Assembly: GCF_006345805.1 (NCBI RefSeq)
Contig: NW_021828117.1
Location: 1 to 9,010, forward strand
DNA: 9,010 nucleotides
DNA from: Octopus sinensis
Lineage: Eukaryota
Direction of reading: 5' to 3'
Every line of letters starts with the position of its first letter. Positions within the stretch are counted from its first letter, which is position 1. Positions 7,989-9,010 of the stretch are shown here, in pieces. The position numbers were made by a program, and so were the translations under genes. Under the pieces are notes generated by a model. That model saw only the letters and a list, made by a program, of their open reading frames with translations. It had not been told where the DNA came from and made no database searches.

Positions 7989-8009
7989 GTTGTTGTTGTT
8001 GTTGTTGTT
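7989..8009. repeat. (GTT)7 within a wider decayed GTT-rich tract (~7845-8220)
   Basis: Directly visible. Confidence 0.9.
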
Positions 8010-8274
8010 TTAGACAATCAATCTTGGAAAACCCTCATTGAAAGTGTTGTTGTCGTTGTTCTTGTTCTTACTATTCCTCTTTTTTCTTCTTATGTTGCTC
8101 TTCTTGCTACTGTGGTTATTATGGGAGCCATTGCCTTTTTTTGCCGTTTTTGCTTTCGCTTATATTGTTTTCAGGTTGTTCATTTTTTTTTGCATGTTTT
8201 TGTCACCATGACAACGACATCTCTAGCAAGTTGAAGTGAAGCTTCTTAATAGATGGAATTTTCTGACAGGAAGC

Positions 8275-8386
8275 TCTCTCTCCCTCTCACTCTCTTTCTC
8301 TCTCCCCCCCTCTCTCACACACACAATATATATATACTTACATCTATCTATCTGTCTATCTCTCTCTCTATATATATACATACATA

Positions 8387-8420
<34 letters not shown>

Positions 8421-8557
8421 CACATATATATACTATATATATATATCTACATATATATATTATACAAAACATGTATATATATACATTATACCTATGTATA
8501 TATAATTATATATGTATATATATATATATATATCGATATATATATATATATATAATA

Positions 8558-8593
<36 letters not shown>

Positions 8594-8602
8594 TGTATGT
8601 AT
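8275..8602. repeat. Compound (CT)n-(TA)n-(TATG)9 microsatellite
   Basis: CT-rich to ~8370, TA-rich to ~8563, perfect (TATG)9 at 8564-8599. Confidence 0.93.
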
Positions 8603-8706
8603 CGCTCGCATTCTCTGCTACGCTTTTCCCTCTTTCCTTCTCTTTTGATTTAGCGCCGAACATTATCATATCATTCGTTCAACTCTTTCTTTTTATCGTT
8701 GTTTCA

Positions 8707-8748
8707 GTGTGTGTGTGTGTGGTGTGTGTGTGTGTGTGTGTGTGTGTG
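8707..8748. repeat. (GT)n microsatellite
   Basis: Directly visible, one interruption. Confidence 0.95.
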
Positions 8749-8891
8749 TTTACATAAAAAAGAACTGCATTTCGAAGTTGCAGGTAACAAAGGAAAATGA
8801 AAAATCAAGCAAAGAAGCGACAGTAAGTGTGGAAAATGGGAAGTCAAAATCACACTGATACGAAAATCATTAAGGCTCCTCTCTCGCAGTA

Positions 8892-8959
<68 letters not shown>
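8892..8959. repeat. (AAT)22 trinucleotide microsatellite
   Basis: Perfect 66-nt run at 8892-8957 plus AA. Confidence 0.97.
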
Positions 8960-8960
<1 letters not shown>

Positions 8961-9010
8961 GGCGTTTGATAGCACCCCCACACATGGATCCTCGAAACAC
9001 TAGCCATTAA

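Noticed and set aside
3337-8757. The many ORF-track entries rich in YI, HT, CV or MYV (for example 3337-3606, 4719-5063, 5050-5394, 6149-6362, 8236-8757)
   Set aside because: These are translations of (TA)n, (CA)n and (TACA)n microsatellites, with no domain content.
8883-8891. CTCGCAGTA, identical to 761-769 at the TSD
   Set aside because: An isolated 9-mer 8 kb away with no adjacent element. Probably chance.
1-9010. Prokaryotic systems (CRISPR array, operon, defence island)
   Set aside because: There are no repeat-spacer arrays and no gene-dense organisation. The sequence is clearly eukaryotic repeat-rich DNA.

Overview
Eukaryotic, AT-rich, microsatellite-dense DNA that is probably intronic or intergenic. 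It very likely comes from an octopus (coleoid cephalopod), judged from a tRNA-derived SINE I recognise as an abundant octopus family. No intact protein-coding gene is supported, and most ORFs in the track are microsatellite artefacts. The first 3 kb is a retroelement cluster: a SINE head (+, 145-336), a frameshifted 3' fragment of an RTE-clade LINE (-, 768-1425), a full-length copy of the same SINE (-, 1426-1842) and a decayed Penelope-like element with RT and GIY-YIG remnants (-, ~2040-2970) that the ORF track misses. A lone SINE 3' tail lies at 4983-5046. The main finding is that the SINE and the RTE fragment abut in the same orientation and are jointly flanked by an 11-bp near-perfect direct repeat (757-767 and 1843-1853). 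This suggests a single SINE-LINE chimeric retroposition event. The rest is compound microsatellites plus a few weak exon-like or coding-like segments.
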